Below are positions 19,137-30,297 of a stretch of DNA of 64,000 nt, one piece after another (within the stretch, counting starts at the first letter, position 1; every line of letters begins with the position of its first letter). The notes beneath the pieces are model-generated. The model did not search any database, had not been told where the DNA came from, and saw only the letters and a list, made by a program, of their open reading frames with translations. The stretch is from an uncultured Clostridia bacterium (GTDB lineage: Bacteria; Bacillota; Clostridia; Christensenellales; CAG-1252). Both the position numbers and the translations under genes were made by a program. The stretch is taken from contig CALYRM010000002.1 of the NCBI GenBank assembly GCA_945482995.1, positions 11,355 through 75,354 on the forward strand, in the 5' to 3' direction.

Positions 19137-20498
19137 ATGGATTTAACTTACAAGAAAACAAATGTTTATAAGGTTGCAGACAAAAAATTGCTTGACGAAA
19201 TCTCCGCTTATGGCGAAGGCTATAAGAAATTTTTGGATAACAGCAAAACCGAAAGAGAAGCTGTCGAAACAACCGTAAAAATGGTTGAAGCCAAAGGCTA
19301 CAAGCCCTTAGTTTTGGGTACAAAAATCAAAAAGGGGGATAAACTCTACTACAATAACAGAGGTAAAAACTTATTATTGTTAAAGGTTGGCTCTGCGAAT
19401 ATCGCCGAAAATGGTATTCGTATTTTAGTTGCTCACGTAGATAGCCCACGTCTTGACTTAAAACAAGTACCGATTTTTGAAAAATCATCCATAGCATATG
19501 CTAAGACGCACTACTACGGCGGTATCAAAAAATACCAATGGTTGACAATTCCGCTCGCACTACATGGCGTTGTAGTTCTTCAAGACGGAACAAAAGTTAG
19601 CGTCAATATCGGTGAGGACGATTCGGATCCTATATTCTATATCACCGATCTTCTACCACACCTTTCTCAAGAGATCAACGAAAAGCCTGTATCTAAGGCA
19701 TTCCCTGCCGAAAATCTCAACTTGATTTTAGGCTCAATCCCCATGGAAAACAACGATAAGGACGCTGTTAAACTCAATGTTTTACGCATACTAAACGAAA
19801 AGTACGGTATCACCGAAGAGGACTTTTTAAGCGCAGAATTAGAGGCTGTACCTCAAGTTAAAGCAAAGGACGTTGGTTTAGATCGCTCATTCATTGCCGG
19901 CTACGGTCATGACGATAGAGTTTGTGCTTATCCCGAAATAACCGCAACGTTAGAGACTGAAACCGAACAAACCGTTTTGACAGTATTAGCAGATAAGGAA
20001 GAAATCGGAAGCGAGGGCAACACAGGTATGCAATCGATTATTATCGCAGATATCATCGATCAAGTCGCACAATCCTTTGGTGTAAGTAGCGCATTAGTTA
20101 GATCTAAGTCAATGTGCTTGTCCGCAGACGTTACCGCAGGATTTGATCCACACTTTGCATCCGCATTTGAAGAGAAAAACGCTTCATATATGAATTTTGG
20201 CGTTACAATGAATAAGTTTACAGGTTCAAGAGGTAAATCCGGTTCAAACGACGCCTCCGCAGAGTATATCGGTCACCTTCGCCAAGTTTTTGCTAAGGAT
20301 AACGTAATTTGGCAAACAAGTGAATTGGGCAGAGTCGACTTAGGTGGCGGTGGAACTGTAGCGAAGTTCTTAGCTTCCTTGAATATCGATACCGTTGACT
20401 TGGGTGTACCTGTTTTATCAATGCACGCCCCCTACGAATTGATTTCAAAGGCGGATATTTACCAAGCACATAAGGCATTCAGTGCGTTCATTAAATAA
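19137..20498 (+). CDS. M18 family aminopeptidase
   Basis: HVDSPRLDLK, GHDDRVC, DKEEIGSEG and SMHAPYE motifs. ATG at 19137 is preceded by aaaggaga; the ORF-track start at 19035 lies inside the repeat array. Confidence 0.85.
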   Translation: MDLTYKKTNVYKVADKKLLDEISAYGEGYKKFLDNSKTEREAVETTVKMVEAKGYKPLVLGTKIKKGDKLYYNNRGKNLLLLKVGSANIAENGIRILVAHVDSPRLDLKQVPIFEKSSIAYAKTHYYGGIKKYQWLTIPLALHGVVVLQDGTKVSVNIGEDDSDPIFYITDLLPHLSQEINEKPVSKAFPAENLNLILGSIPMENNDKDAVKLNVLRILNEKYGITEEDFLSAELEAVPQVKAKDVGLDRSFIAGYGHDDRVCAYPEITATLETETEQTVLTVLADKEEIGSEGNTGMQSIIIADIIDQVAQSFGVSSALVRSKSMCLSADVTAGFDPHFASAFEEKNASYMNFGVTMNKFTGSRGKSGSNDASAEYIGHLRQVFAKDNVIWQTSELGRVDLGGGGTVAKFLASLNIDTVDLGVPVLSMHAPYELISKADIYQAHKAFSAFIK

Positions 20499-20675
20499 CG
20501 AATGCACCAAGTGAAATGAATTGCAGTCGTTAGGCTGCAATTCAATTCACAGAGTGCAACGCACGAGAATTAACAAAACCAACGGTTTCAATTCACGACG
20601 GCATAGCCGTCAAATCACTTTTATTATGGTTCATTATTAACACATAATAAAAAATACTATGATGGAGTTTATTTA

Positions 20676-22580
20676 ATGAAAAATGGATTCGTAAAAGTTT
20701 GTGCATATTCGCCAGACGTAAAAATTGCAGATACCGATTACAACAAAAAACAAATTATCGAAGCAATGGAAAAAGCCAAAGATGACGAAGTTAAACTTTT
20801 GGTTCTGCCCGAACTTTCAATTACAGGCTACACCTTGGGAGACTTGTTCTACCAAGACGTTTTGTTGAATTCGGCTTTGTCCGCGCTTGAAGATATTGTC
20901 AAGGCTTCTAAAGGCTTGGATATGCTTGTATTTGTAGGTATGCCTTTAAAGCATCAATCAAATATCTATAATGTGGCGGTTGCAATTTTTGATGGTAATA
21001 TTTTGGGAGTTGTTCCTAAAACCTACTTGCCAAACTACAATGAATTTTACGAAAAAAGACAGTTCACACCTGCTGAGAAGGATACAATCCATATTACCCT
21101 TTGCAATCAGGTAGTCCCTTTCGGTACAAAGTTAATTTTTGCCGACAAGGAAATGAAGTCCTTTAAGGTTGCTTGCGAAATATGCGAGGATATTTGGGTT
21201 ATGAATTCTCCCTCAACTTCCCACGCATTAGCAGGTGCAACTATTATCGTAAATTTATCCGCAAGCAACGAGCTTATCGGCAAGGCAAGTTTCCGTAGAT
21301 CCATGATTTCTCAACATTCATCAAAGCTTATTGCGGGATATGTTTACACAAGCGCAGGAATGGGCGAAAGTACCGCCGAAACGGTATATGCAGGTCATAA
21401 GATAATTGCTGAAGACGGCTATATTTTGGCAGAATCCAAGTTATTTGTCGAAGATAATATAACCAGCGAAATTGACGTTGACAGTTTGGAATATGAAAGA
21501 AGTAAGATTGCAGACTGCATTAAGGATAACCCCGAATATCAAGTTATCGAGTTTAATACTAAGAAAACCGAGTGCAAACTCTCAAGAAGATATTCGAAAA
21601 CTCCGTTCGTTCCTACAAAAGATAACTATAACGAAAGGTGCGATCTTGTCTTAAATATTCAAGCCTACGCTTTGGCAAAAAGAATAGAACGCTCACACTC
21701 GTCTACCGTTGTTTTAGGTATAAGTGGCGGACTTGACAGCACGCTTGCTCTTGTTGTAGCAGTTAGAGCCATGGATATTTTAAAGCGTGGCAAAGAGAAT
21801 GTTATCGGTGTTACGATGCCATGCTTCGGCACTTCAAATAGAACGCTTCACAATGCCGAACATCTAATGGAATTGTTGGGAATCACATCAATGAAAATCG
21901 ATATCAAACAAGCCGTTTTGCAACACTTCAAAGATATCGGACACGAAAACGACTCATATGATATCACCTACGAAAACTGTCAAGCAAGAGAACGCACACA
22001 AATCTTGATGGATTTAGCAAACAAACACAACGGTTTAGTAATCGGTACAGGCGACTTGTCAGAGTCCGCTCTCGGTTGGTGTACCTACAACGGCGATCAT
22101 ATGTCGATGTACAGCGTTAATTGTGGCGTTCCGAAAACCCTTGTTGCTCACTTGATTAAATATCAAGCGACCATTTCCGAGGGTGAATTAAAGGACATTT
22201 TGACGGATATTGCAAATACCGATATAAGCCCCGAATTGCTTCCACCTGATAGCAAGGGCAATATTCAACAAAAAACAGAAGATAAGGTTGGTCCCTACAT
22301 TCTTCACGACTTTTTCCTTTTCTACCTTATTCGTAAAGGAATGGCGCCGTCTAAGGTTTATCGCTTGGCAAACTACGTTTTTGACGAATTTGACGGCGAA
22401 ACAATTAAGAAATGGCTTACCGTATTTATCAAGAGATTTTTCACTCAACAGTTTAAACGTGATTGCGTGCCTAACGGCGTTAAGGTAGGGACCGTTTCAC
22501 TTTCACCTCGTGCAGATTGGAGAATGCCAAGTGACGCAACCGCAACATTGTGGTTAAAGGAATTAGAAGAAAATATATGA
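20676..22580 (+). CDS. nadE: glutamine-dependent NAD+ synthetase (CN-hydrolase + NAD synthase domains)
   Basis: N-terminal nitrilase-like domain (LLVLPELSITGY, ACEICEDIW) and a PP-loop (GISGGLDST). Confidence 0.9.
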   Translation: MKNGFVKVCAYSPDVKIADTDYNKKQIIEAMEKAKDDEVKLLVLPELSITGYTLGDLFYQDVLLNSALSALEDIVKASKGLDMLVFVGMPLKHQSNIYNVAVAIFDGNILGVVPKTYLPNYNEFYEKRQFTPAEKDTIHITLCNQVVPFGTKLIFADKEMKSFKVACEICEDIWVMNSPSTSHALAGATIIVNLSASNELIGKASFRRSMISQHSSKLIAGYVYTSAGMGESTAETVYAGHKIIAEDGYILAESKLFVEDNITSEIDVDSLEYERSKIADCIKDNPEYQVIEFNTKKTECKLSRRYSKTPFVPTKDNYNERCDLVLNIQAYALAKRIERSHSSTVVLGISGGLDSTLALVVAVRAMDILKRGKENVIGVTMPCFGTSNRTLHNAEHLMELLGITSMKIDIKQAVLQHFKDIGHENDSYDITYENCQARERTQILMDLANKHNGLVIGTGDLSESALGWCTYNGDHMSMYSVNCGVPKTLVAHLIKYQATISEGELKDILTDIANTDISPELLPPDSKGNIQQKTEDKVGPYILHDFFLFYLIRKGMAPSKVYRLANYVFDEFDGETIKKWLTVFIKRFFTQQFKRDCVPNGVKVGTVSLSPRADWRMPSDATATLWLKELEENI

Positions 22581-23317
22581 ACAACGAACAAATGCTAACA
22601 AAAATTCAAAATTACATTCAAAACGGACTTAACAAAGAAAGTTTTGTAGAAATACTCAACATGATTGGAGCTAATACGGGCGAATCCAATCCAACCGAAT
22701 ACAAACTTTGGGGCGATTATCTACCCTTAGGAGTAGAAAATCCCTACACCGACGAACAAAGATACCTGCATATCTTATGGGAAACTATCGATAAAGTAGC
22801 ACTTGGAATCAATATCGACTTTACAATTCCATTCAGAAGAATGATTGCGAAGAAACTTTTCAAAAAATGCGGAAAAGGCTTTATTGCAAACGAGGGTTGT
22901 AGATTTAATTACGGACAAAATATCGAGGTTGGCGACTTTGTTACTTGGAATCATTGCTGTTTCATCGACGCAAAAGGCGGCGTAACGTTTGAAGATTATA
23001 GCGTTATTACCGAATATTCAAAGATATTCACTCACGGACACAGTGAAAGCGACCATACGCAAAGAACTTATAAGCCTGTCAAATTAGGAAAATATGCTAA
23101 GGTATACACAGCTTGCACACTGCTTCCGGGAGTAACCGTTGGCGAGGGTGCTATTGTCGCAACAGGTGCAATAGTAACCAAAAGTGTAGAACCCAAAAGC
23201 GTAGTTGCAGGTATTCCTGCTAAACCCGTTCGTGTACGCCGTGATGAAGGCAAAGAAATGCAGGAGTTCAATCACTACTGTTTTGACGAACGAAAGTTCC
23301 AAACCGAGAATGATTAA
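22577..23317 (+). CDS. hexapeptide-repeat acyl/acetyltransferase
   Basis: LPGVTVGEGAIVATGAIVTKSV...VVAGIPAKPV. The ATG at 22577 overlaps the nadE stop (ATGA). Confidence 0.7.
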   Translation: MNNEQMLTKIQNYIQNGLNKESFVEILNMIGANTGESNPTEYKLWGDYLPLGVENPYTDEQRYLHILWETIDKVALGINIDFTIPFRRMIAKKLFKKCGKGFIANEGCRFNYGQNIEVGDFVTWNHCCFIDAKGGVTFEDYSVITEYSKIFTHGHSESDHTQRTYKPVKLGKYAKVYTACTLLPGVTVGEGAIVATGAIVTKSVEPKSVVAGIPAKPVRVRRDEGKEMQEFNHYCFDERKFQTEND

Positions 23318-23405
23318 CGCTCTATAGATATAGTTCTTGATGATAGCGTAATCAATCATGTAAATTGTACGACGAAGGAATAAAAAAGAAAAAAGACAAA
23401 TTATG

Positions 23406-23445
23406 AGATGTCGCAAGTTAATACAACTTGCGACATATTTTTACC
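23406..23445 (+). terminator. intrinsic terminator
   Basis: gatgtcgcaagtt-aataca-acttgcgacat followed by attttt. Confidence 0.65.
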
Positions 23446-23514
23446 CAATTTGAACCAATTTTTGGAATAACGAACATTCTTTATATTGAAAAAATAAAGG
23501 TACCCCCCGTACCT

Positions 23515-25200
23515 TTATTCTTCTACTTCTTCCATTTCAATTGTTAGGAACAGAAACTCATTGATAAATTTTAGGTTTTTTACTCCCCAAAGGTCTTCGC
23601 CAAGCGTCATCATTATATATGGCTCGATTCCCCTATAATTGCCAACGTATACGGCTTCAAAGCCGCCTTCAACGGTTAGCGAATCGATATGCTTAAGCTC
23701 ATACGGCTGCGACAAGGTAAAATAAATTTCATCGGGTAGTTCTATTTTTTCGGGTAGTTTTCCTGTATTTAATAGTGAATCGGTAATGGTCTTTATATTC
23801 GGATCGTTATAATCTAAGCCCTTAACGGAAATGCCCAAGGTATTTTCAATAGCTTTTAGTAGTTCCTCGATTCGGTCAATACTTTTACCCGGGAATAATT
23901 CTTGAATATAAGCGTCAAAGAAAGATAAATCTAAAACCGAAGCGTCTAAGCCTGATACAATGCTTTTTAGTAGATTGTAGATTTTTTCGTTAATGTGTAC
24001 TTCCATTGTTAGCATACCGTCTGCACCAAGTTTTACGAAAGACTTTTTGCTATCAATCAATGATTGAATTGGTAAATTCTCGTTTATTCCGCCACTGAAC
24101 GACGCATAGACTAATGAAAATGTTGTATCTTCGTCCATTAAACGCTTATTCTCGGTGCTTACCAGTTCATTTGTTTTATGGTTATAGTTCGGAATAACTC
24201 CCTTAACACCGCCAAAATACACTCTATTAACTTCATCAAAGCTCTTAGCCGCATTTATTTGTTCGGTAACTCCGTTCAAATCAACTGTGGTGGAAGTATA
24301 TAGTCTATTTAATCTATCACTTACAAGCTTCTTATAGTTTTTGAGTGCATTTTTTGAAGCATAGCCCAATTCTTCTAATTTTGCTTGAAGTGTGCTTGCG
24401 ATATAGGCGTGTCCTTCGTTTGACGGGTGAACACCGTCTTTATATATCAAGGTTTTTATGTGCTCGTGGTCGGCATTATATAGATCTTCAAACTTTTTGT
24501 TGACGTCAACTATTTCAATTGAGTCGGGGTGCTTTTCAAGTTGCGTGTATAGCGTTTGATTTAATTGATCCAACAATTTATCACCCAATTCATAGAGGGA
24601 ATCTCCATAAATATTGTATTCATCTTTTAGCACGTCGTAAGTCTCTTTTAAAAGAATGTTGCTATCCTGATAAATAGGATTATAGAGCGATTGCCACAAA
24701 ATTTTTGCGTTAGGACTAAGCTCTTTAAGTCTATTGACAATAAGCTCGATATTTGTTTGAACGGTATTTAAAACCTTGTCCCTTAAGTCGGATTTATTCT
24801 TTGCCGCTTCGAGTATAAGTTTGTTAAGATCGCTCCAAATATAGTCATTGCCGAACATGGAAATTACAATAATATCAGCTTGCTTAATGTGTGTAATATG
24901 AGTATAAGCGGATTCGTCCGTTTCCTTGGATATGTAGTCGAGCATTTGAAAGGTTTGATATCCCGAAATTGAACGATTATGGTAGTTAATACCGTTAATT
25001 TGTCCTACGATACTGCCATAGGTGTGGTCTTCTCTTTCCGAGATTGGAGAAGGTCCTAATATACCTTCGGCAATTGAATCACCCAAAATAACCATATTAT
25101 ATTGAGGTTCTTCCGGAATTTGATTTTCGTCACAAGCGACAAAACCAAGCATACTAAAAAGGAAAACGACGATTAACGCGATTAACAACCATTTTTTCAT
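23515..25200 (-). CDS. SGNH/GDSL hydrolase-family lipoprotein with a C-terminal extension
   Basis: Lipobox LGFVAC; block I VILGDSIAEG; DGVHPSNEGH block V. Confidence 0.7.
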   Translation of the reverse strand: MKKWLLIALIVVFLFSMLGFVACDENQIPEEPQYNMVILGDSIAEGILGPSPISEREDHTYGSIVGQINGINYHNRSISGYQTFQMLDYISKETDESAYTHITHIKQADIIVISMFGNDYIWSDLNKLILEAAKNKSDLRDKVLNTVQTNIELIVNRLKELSPNAKILWQSLYNPIYQDSNILLKETYDVLKDEYNIYGDSLYELGDKLLDQLNQTLYTQLEKHPDSIEIVDVNKKFEDLYNADHEHIKTLIYKDGVHPSNEGHAYIASTLQAKLEELGYASKNALKNYKKLVSDRLNRLYTSTTVDLNGVTEQINAAKSFDEVNRVYFGGVKGVIPNYNHKTNELVSTENKRLMDEDTTFSLVYASFSGGINENLPIQSLIDSKKSFVKLGADGMLTMEVHINEKIYNLLKSIVSGLDASVLDLSFFDAYIQELFPGKSIDRIEELLKAIENTLGISVKGLDYNDPNIKTITDSLLNTGKLPEKIELPDEIYFTLSQPYELKHIDSLTVEGGFEAVYVGNYRGIEPYIMMTLGEDLWGVKNLKFINEFLFLTIEMEEVEE

Positions 25201-25440
25201 AACAAACCCAACCTTTTTGATTATAAACTATCGAATAGCCGATATCATATTATATAATACTTAGTATTCTAAAAACAAGGGGGAAAGAAGAAATAGTTTA
25301 TCAAAATTTTCGCAGAATGACGGTAAAAAAGAATTTTTTACAATCTCTTGCATTTATATAAATAAAATGTTACACTATAAATAGTTTGTCTGGTTGACAA
25401 TATACTTTCTCACGAAAATAAAGGACAAAAAGGATAACCT

Positions 25441-27660
25441 ATGAAAAAATTTTTATTTACCATAAGCTTTGATTCAAATTGGATGTCTAAACACTGCGAT
25501 GATACACTCAAACCAAGTACTTTTATTATAGATAATCTTGTGAACACCGGCTTAGAATTTATATCTTCTTCGGATACGGAAATAGTTATGTCTTTTGACT
25601 CCCATATGTATAATGAAGAAGACGTTAATAATTTAGTAAAAGAAGTTTATCAAGAATTGGGAACGAATGAAGATTTCGAAAAAGTTATCAAAATCTCATA
25701 TAAAAAAGATACTCAGGAAGTTAATGTAGGCGCCGATAGTGTAGAAAATAAGAATGAAACAACATCGTCGGAATCTGATATAGTTGATACTGTTGCTTTG
25801 GAACAACATTACAAACAAGCCATGGATGCTCTTGAAAAAATAAGAGAACTCAACGTTTCGTTTGAGGACGAAGACGAGGATTATGATGAAGAGGATTCCG
25901 AAATTGACGAAGAAGAATTATCAGATTCAAACTCAGAAGCGGATTTAGAGAAAAATGAAAACACATCTTTTTTCTCAAGGTTCCTAAAAAGTCAAGAAAA
26001 AAACAGTAAGAGTATGGAAGAAGAAATTCAAGAAATAAATAAGCGGATTGATAGCTTAGTTGGTGCAGAAGATTTTAAAAAGCTTGCGAGAGAAATCATC
26101 AAGGTTGCGCCCCAACTCAAAAAAACCAACACGCTTGACTCTTTTACAAACCAATGTTACATATTTTCAATAGGCGACGGTTGCGGTCTAACAACATATT
26201 TGAATATACTTGCTGACATTATTGAAAAAACAAAGTTGTCTATGATGTCATATACTCGTGTTGCGGAATGCGCTTTGGATCACTACGAGGAAAGTCTAAA
26301 ACCTTTTACCGATGCGATAGATATATTAGAGAGCGGATTGGATAACAAGTTGACCGTTTTATGCGTTGATTTTAGTGAATGGATGGAATACACCAAAAAC
26401 AGAAATTTCAAGAATTTCCTAAGGATTGTTGAAAAGCACGCAAACGAATTTATTGTGATATTCCGCATTCCTTTTGTCGATCAAGATATGCTCTCAAAGC
26501 TAAAATTTTCGCTTTCCGATTTACTCACAGTTAGAGTGGTCTCTTTCCCACCGCTTGGAGAACAAGAATTGCGCAAATTTGCAAAACAGGAATTAGCAAA
26601 TAGAGGATTCCACATTTCCCAAAAGGCGTGGCAATATTTTGACGCTCGTATTTCGGAAGAAAAGGCCGACGGTAAATTTTACGGCTTGAACACTGTAAAC
26701 AAAGTTATTAAGGAAATAATATACAAAAAAGAGGTTAGTAACTCATTCAAAAATACAACTTCAACTCTTTTGACTGTAAACGATTTAAAGGGTATTTGCA
26801 GAGGCGTCCGTGACAGGGAATTGACCGGAGAGGAAGAGCTTAACGCACTTGTAGGCGGAGCACCGATTAAGCAAAAAATACAAGAGATTATTGCGCAAAT
26901 TCAGCTTGCGAAAAAACAAGATTCCTCAAACGTTCCTTGCATACATATGCGATTTTTAGGCAACCCCGGCACGGGTAAAACCACGGTTGCAAGAATCGTC
27001 GGAAAGATGTTCAGAGAAGCCGGCATTTTGAGAGTAGGCAATTTTTATGAGTGCGCAGGAAGAGAATTTTGCGGTAGATATATAGGCGAAACTGCGCCAA
27101 AGACTGCAAGCATATGTAGAGACGCGTTGGGCTCGGTATTATTTATAGACGAGGCTTATTCGCTGTATAGGGGCAATGGCGACACAAAGGATTTTGGTAA
27201 AGAAGCGCTTGACACACTTATTGCCGAAATGGAAAATCATAGAGACGATCTTGTTGTCATATTTGCAGGCTACACCGACGAAATGAATATTCTTATGCAA
27301 GGCAATTCGGGCTTGGAAAGTCGTGTTCCGTATACTATCGATTTCCCAAACTTTACAAGAGACGAGCTGTATGAGATTTTCGTATCGAAATTCAACAAGA
27401 AAATTAAACATGACGACTTGATTTTAGACTCCGTAAGAAAATATTTTACCGAGTTACCTGATGCAGTGCTTAACTCAAAGACTTTTAGCAATGCAAGATT
27501 TGTCAGAAACCTATTTGAAAGAACTTGGGCTAAGGCGGCTTTGCGTTGCCAAATTGATAGGAGTACAAATATCATAATGACCGCAAGCGACTTTGAAAAG
27601 GCTATAAACGAAAAAGAATTTAACTTCAAGGTTAATTCGAGACCAACAATTGGATTTTAA
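25441..27660 (+). CDS. SpoVK/CbxX-type AAA+ ATPase with a long N-terminal extension
   Basis: Walker A GNPGTGKTTVAR, Walker B LFIDEAYSL, preceded by a degenerate AAA-like module and an acidic linker. Confidence 0.75.
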   Translation: MKKFLFTISFDSNWMSKHCDDTLKPSTFIIDNLVNTGLEFISSSDTEIVMSFDSHMYNEEDVNNLVKEVYQELGTNEDFEKVIKISYKKDTQEVNVGADSVENKNETTSSESDIVDTVALEQHYKQAMDALEKIRELNVSFEDEDEDYDEEDSEIDEEELSDSNSEADLEKNENTSFFSRFLKSQEKNSKSMEEEIQEINKRIDSLVGAEDFKKLAREIIKVAPQLKKTNTLDSFTNQCYIFSIGDGCGLTTYLNILADIIEKTKLSMMSYTRVAECALDHYEESLKPFTDAIDILESGLDNKLTVLCVDFSEWMEYTKNRNFKNFLRIVEKHANEFIVIFRIPFVDQDMLSKLKFSLSDLLTVRVVSFPPLGEQELRKFAKQELANRGFHISQKAWQYFDARISEEKADGKFYGLNTVNKVIKEIIYKKEVSNSFKNTTSTLLTVNDLKGICRGVRDRELTGEEELNALVGGAPIKQKIQEIIAQIQLAKKQDSSNVPCIHMRFLGNPGTGKTTVARIVGKMFREAGILRVGNFYECAGREFCGRYIGETAPKTASICRDALGSVLFIDEAYSLYRGNGDTKDFGKEALDTLIAEMENHRDDLVVIFAGYTDEMNILMQGNSGLESRVPYTIDFPNFTRDELYEIFVSKFNKKIKHDDLILDSVRKYFTELPDAVLNSKTFSNARFVRNLFERTWAKAALRCQIDRSTNIIMTASDFEKAINEKEFNFKVNSRPTIGF

Positions 27661-27813
27661 TTGGCTAGAGCGCTATCCAATTTAAATCCAATATTCAACG
27701 TGCAACCTAAAATGATATTTTGAGCAATGTTGAAGAATTACAAGCCAAAGCACAAAGCTTTTGCTCGTGCAATGTGTAATGTTGGATTTTTAGTTTAATT
27801 ATTTATAAAGCAC

Positions 27814-27844
27814 ATCACTATACATAATGTATAGTGATTTTTTA
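27814..27844 (+). terminator. intrinsic terminator
   Basis: atcactataca-taa-tgtatagtgat followed by tttttt. Confidence 0.7.
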
Positions 27845-27976
27845 CAATATGCATTTGTCACATTATTCTATTTACTTGCAGTAAAACGCAAATGTTTTAT
27901 TAAATTGTCAAAACATATTCACCGCCAAAACTTCCTCTCTTCGTTGCTTGATTTATCAAACAACTTCATTTATAAA

Positions 27977-28006
27977 TTGACATTCGCCTTTATACACTGT
28001 TATAAT
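27977..28006 (+). promoter_or_regulatory. SigA-type promoter upstream of relA
   Basis: TTGACA, an 18-nt spacer, then TATAAT. Confidence 0.5.
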
Positions 28007-28115
28007 TGATTTAGATATTTAATTAAGCGTACTGTAGCACAAATAAAAAGTATGCCATCTAATCAGAAATCCACATTTAAAAGCCAATGGGGTGGCTTTT
28101 ATTCGAGGGTAGGCT

Positions 28116-30296
28116 ATGGAAGAAAAATATGAACAAATTATAAGTGACCTTTTCACAAGAATAGAAACGGTTTTCGGCAAAGAACAAGCCGAGAGCATAA
28201 GAGATGTCTACGAATATGCTTATAAGAAGCACGACGGTGTAAAGAGAGAGTCGGGCGAACCTTATATTATGCATCCTGTAAGCGTCGTCAAAATACTTTT
28301 GGATTTAGGTATGGACTCGGCAAGCATCAAGGCTGGCTTTTTGCATGACGTCTTAGAGGACACCGATACCACAAGGGAAGAATTGCAAAGTTTGTTTGGC
28401 GAAGAGGTTACAAACATAGTTGAGGGTTTGACAAAGCTTAAGCTCAAAAAGAATGGGAACATTATCTTGGACGACGGTGAAGCGGTGTTTACCGTGGAAC
28501 AAGCCGAGAATTTGCGTAAGCTTATTCTTGCTATGTGCAACGACGTAAGAATAATAATCATAAAGTTGTCAGATAGACTGCACAACATGAGAACGTTAGC
28601 GAGCAAGGATAGAGCTAAGCAAATAGTCAAAGCCAAGGAAACCTTGGAAATATTTGCTCCACTTGCCGCAAGGCTTGGTATTATGCAAATCAAGGGCGAA
28701 CTAGAAGATTTATGTTTTTACTATCTATACCCCGAAGAATATGAAAAAGTAAAAAAGATGATGGATTCAATCCCCGTCAACGTCACCGATATTGTAAACG
28801 AAGTCAAATCAAAACTCACGCCGAGCTTTAAGGAATGTGGTATCAAATTTGAAATCAGCGGTAGAAAAAAGCATTTGTACAGCGTTTATCGCAAGATGAA
28901 TCGTACAGGACACGCTTTCAACGAGATTTACGATCTTATAGCCGTACGTTTGATTTTAAACGGTGATAAAACTCAATGTTATGAGGCGTTAGGCTATGTA
29001 CACCAAGCCTGGAAGCCAATGCCCGACAGAATGAAAGATTATATCAGCCGTCCAAAGGAAAACAGCTACAGCTCGCTTCACACCACAGTATATAGTGACG
29101 CAGGTTATCCTTTTGAGGTTCAAATCCGTACAATAGAAATGCACCGTATCGCCGAGTATGGTATCGCCGCTCACTGGAAATACAAGGACGGCAAAACCGA
29201 TGCGGAATTAGACAGCAAAATCAGTTGGCTACGCAAGGTGATGGAAGAAGAAAGAGACGACGCCGACTCCGCAGAATTTTTGGCAGCATTAAGGTCAAGC
29301 CTTTTCAGTGACGAGGTATACGTCTATGCACCTGACGGCAAAGTATTCAAGCTACCATATGGCGCAACCGTTGTCGACTTTGCCTATGCCGTTCACTCAG
29401 AGGTAGGTAATCATTGTAGCGGAGCGTTTGTAAACGGTCAGTTTATGCCCATTACCACAATGCTCAAAAACGGCGATCAGGTAAAGATTCAAACAAAAGG
29501 AAAGCATCCGTCTAGAGATTGGCTAAAAATAGTCAAAACGAACGGCGCAAGAAATAAAATAAAACAATATTTCAAAAAGCTTAACCGTGAAGATAATATT
29601 AGACTTGGCAAGTCGATGCTTGAAAACGAAATCCGTAAAAAGCACTTTAAACCTACCGAAGTTATAATTCCCGATGCGGTGAAGGAAGCTTTAACAAAGT
29701 ACGCTTTAAGCGTAGAGGACGACCTTTATGCGGGAATTGGTGCAGGCTCAATTCGTACCGAAAGTTTAGCTCAATTCTTTACGCATAGATATCTCGAAAG
29801 CATAAAGGAAGAAACAAAGGAAACAGTTATACACGCCCCCACACGCGCTTCTTCCGGCGGCGTTCTCGTAGAGGGAGACAGCGGAATGCTTTTCCGCTTG
29901 GCGAAGTGCTGTTCACCTGTTCCCGGGGACGCGATAATAGGCTATATTTCGCGGGGACGTGGTATCATTATTCACAGATGCGACTGCCCTAATATGCAAA
30001 GCGCAGAAAAAGAAAGACTTTGCCGTACCGAGTGGGCAAGCGTATCTCAAGGTTCAAGCTTTTCGGTTTCTTTGACAATCATTGCCCTAAACAGAAAGAA
30101 CTTGGCTTCCGATGTTTGCCAAGTACTCAACAGTTTAGATAAGGTAAAACTTGTTGGAATCAGCGCCAATCCGTATAGAAATTCGGACAAGGCAATAATT
30201 ATGGTAGGACTTGAAGTTGATAGCGTTGCCACATTGGAATCGGTCAAGAGAACGCTTAAAGGCATTAAAGACGTTATTGAAGTAAAAAGGAGTTAA
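28116..30296 (+). CDS. relA: bifunctional (p)ppGpp synthetase/hydrolase (RSH)
   Basis: HD domain (HDVLEDT), RelA/SpoT synthetase domain (YSSLHTTV, FEVQIRT), and TGS and ACT regions. Confidence 0.92.
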   Translation: MEEKYEQIISDLFTRIETVFGKEQAESIRDVYEYAYKKHDGVKRESGEPYIMHPVSVVKILLDLGMDSASIKAGFLHDVLEDTDTTREELQSLFGEEVTNIVEGLTKLKLKKNGNIILDDGEAVFTVEQAENLRKLILAMCNDVRIIIIKLSDRLHNMRTLASKDRAKQIVKAKETLEIFAPLAARLGIMQIKGELEDLCFYYLYPEEYEKVKKMMDSIPVNVTDIVNEVKSKLTPSFKECGIKFEISGRKKHLYSVYRKMNRTGHAFNEIYDLIAVRLILNGDKTQCYEALGYVHQAWKPMPDRMKDYISRPKENSYSSLHTTVYSDAGYPFEVQIRTIEMHRIAEYGIAAHWKYKDGKTDAELDSKISWLRKVMEEERDDADSAEFLAALRSSLFSDEVYVYAPDGKVFKLPYGATVVDFAYAVHSEVGNHCSGAFVNGQFMPITTMLKNGDQVKIQTKGKHPSRDWLKIVKTNGARNKIKQYFKKLNREDNIRLGKSMLENEIRKKHFKPTEVIIPDAVKEALTKYALSVEDDLYAGIGAGSIRTESLAQFFTHRYLESIKEETKETVIHAPTRASSGGVLVEGDSGMLFRLAKCCSPVPGDAIIGYISRGRGIIIHRCDCPNMQSAEKERLCRTEWASVSQGSSFSVSLTIIALNRKNLASDVCQVLNSLDKVKLVGISANPYRNSDKAIIMVGLEVDSVATLESVKRTLKGIKDVIEVKRS

Positions 30297-30297
30297 T

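Noticed and set aside
20499-20675. Possible riboswitch or leader upstream of nadE (hairpins ttgcag...ctgcaa and gacgg...ccgtc, with repeated caattca words)
   Set aside because: It has no match to any riboswitch consensus I know. The words resemble a loose repeat also seen at 61290-61320. Without covariance data this is not supportable as an RNA element.
27827-28009. 60-aa ORF between the SpoVK-like gene and relA (and the similar ORF 40660..40860)
   Set aside because: It starts inside a terminator hairpin and runs across the relA promoter. 40660..40860 likewise runs across the compound hairpin/terminator region downstream of the sipW operon. Neither has an RBS, and both have AT-rich, low-complexity translations.
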